From positions 9,424,001-9,488,000 of the forward strand of contig OX597842.1 in NCBI GenBank assembly GCA_951406725.2: a stretch of DNA of 64,000 nt. Reading direction: 5' to 3'. The notes below the pieces were generated by a model, which was given only the letters and a program-made list of their open reading frames with translations, was not told where the DNA came from and did not search any database. Of this stretch, positions 62,345 through 64,000 are shown in pieces; within the stretch, counting starts at the first letter, position 1, and the number at the start of each line of letters is the position of its first letter. Origin of the DNA: Octopus vulgaris (taxonomy: Eukaryota). Made by a program: the position numbers and the translations under genes.

Positions 62345-62479
62345 TGTGTCTATCTATCCAGTCTATATATATATATATACACACTGTGTCTATCTATCCA
62401 GTCTATATATATATATATATACACACTGTGTCTATCTATCCAATCAATATACACACACACACTGTGTCTATCTATCCAG

Positions 62480-62531
<52 letters not shown>

Positions 62532-62710
62532 GTCTATCTATCCAGTCAATATATATATACATACACACACTGTGTCTATCTATCCAGTCTATATACATAC
62601 ACACACTGTGTCTATCTATCTACCCAACATCTACACACTGTGTCTACCTATCCAGTCAATATACACACTGTACTGTGTCTATCTATCCAGTCAATATATT
62701 TATACACACT
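61555..62710. repeat. Minisatellite of about 32-45 bp, ACACTGTGTCTATCTATCCAGTC(A/T)(TA)n
   Basis: About 30 copies with a variable (TA)n linker; the source of the long HTVSIYPV/TLCLSIQS pseudo-ORFs. Confidence 0.9.
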
Positions 62711-62914
62711 GCATCTACCTCTCCACCCAACACCTACATACACCCTGGTGTCTATCCATCCCTTCAGCCAATATCTACCCTTCTCCTATTTGTGTTTCTG
62801 TGTTAATTCTAATGCCTTCCATTGCAGCCACCCCCTCCTCCAGCCCCACCCCCGTCTCTCCATTTTTTTTTTATCAATAAATTTAGGAATCAATAATCTC
62901 TAATATCTGTACCA

Positions 62915-63095
62915 ATCGGTCATCTCTGCTCACCAACAACATCAATATCACCACCAGCTACCACCGAGACTACCACTACAACTGCTGCTGCTACTACAAC
63001 TACTATTACTACTACTAACTCAACTCATCTCTGTTCACCAACAACATCAATATTAGGACCAGCTACCACCAAGACTACTACTACTACTGCTGCTG

Positions 63096-63146
<51 letters not shown>

Positions 63147-63204
63147 TTACTACTACTACTACTACTATTACTACTACTACTATTACTACTACTACTACTA
63201 CTAT

Positions 63205-63248
<44 letters not shown>

Positions 63249-63261
63249 TTACTACTACTAT

Positions 63262-63299
<38 letters not shown>

Positions 63300-63300
63300 T

Positions 63301-63335
<35 letters not shown>

Positions 63336-63648
63336 ACTCAACTCATCTCTGTTCACCAACAACATCAATATTAGGACCAGCTACCACCAAGACTACTACT
63401 ACTACTGCTACTACTACCAACTCATCTAACACCACCACTACCACAACCACAAACAAAACTACTACTACAAATACAATCACAACTATCAACCCTCACCACT
63501 ACTACTACCACCACCGCTACTACTACTACTACTACTACCACCACTACTACTACCAACTCAACTAACACCACCACTACGACCACTACCACAACTACAATCA
63601 AAACTACTACTACAAATACAATCACTATCACAACTATCAACCCTCACC

Positions 63649-63680
<32 letters not shown>

Positions 63681-63970
63681 TGCTACTACGACAACAACGA
63701 CTACTACCACTAATATCACTACCACCACCACCACTATTACTACTATGACTACAACCACCACTACTATCACCACCATCACTACTACTACTACAACTAGTAC
63801 TACCACCACTAGTATTAATACAACTACTACCACTACAACTAGTACCACCACCACCACCACTGCTATTACTACTATCACCACAACCACTATCACCACCATC
63901 ACTATTACTACTACTGCTACTACAACTAGTACTACAACCACTATTACTACCACCACCACCACCACCACAC
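62915..63970. repeat. (CTA)n/(CAC)n low-complexity field with duplicated unique spacers
   Basis: TCATCTCTG(T/C)TCACCAACAACATCAATAT recurs near 62920, 63025 and 63343. Confidence 0.85.
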
Positions 63971-64000
63971 CTACCCCAGAAGATGCACTGCCAAAACCAC

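Noticed and set aside
61689-62903. Long ORFs of 158-321 aa
   Set aside because: Translations of a stop-poor minisatellite, open in several frames.

Overview
This is eukaryotic, AT-rich, microsatellite- and transposon-dense genomic DNA. The repeat landscape suggests an Octopus-like coleoid cephalopod (my inference from the repeats, not checked). Most ORFs in the track are microsatellite or SINE artefacts. Real coding content is (i) a four-coding-exon MINPP1 histidine phosphatase gene on the minus strand (41472..53257, about 522 aa, RHGSRYP and HAE motifs, C-terminal KVEL) and (ii) the terminal exon of a small membrane protein on the plus strand (15225..15561). The rest is tRNA-derived SINEs, MITEs, a Helitron, fragments of mariner, gypsy-gag, R4/Dong-like and RTE-like elements, satellites and a near-perfect 2.5-kb tandem duplication. 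The most interesting hidden signals are three. First, more than a dozen hammerhead-ribozyme cores from several unrelated Penelope-like repeat families. Second, one of these families is fused behind a tRNA-like Pol III head, a candidate SINE/ribozyme chimera. Third, TSD-flanked head-to-tail arrays of a 184-bp SINE body are built from mixed subfamilies, which suggests self-targeted insertion. All structures were read by eye; no searches or folding programs were run.
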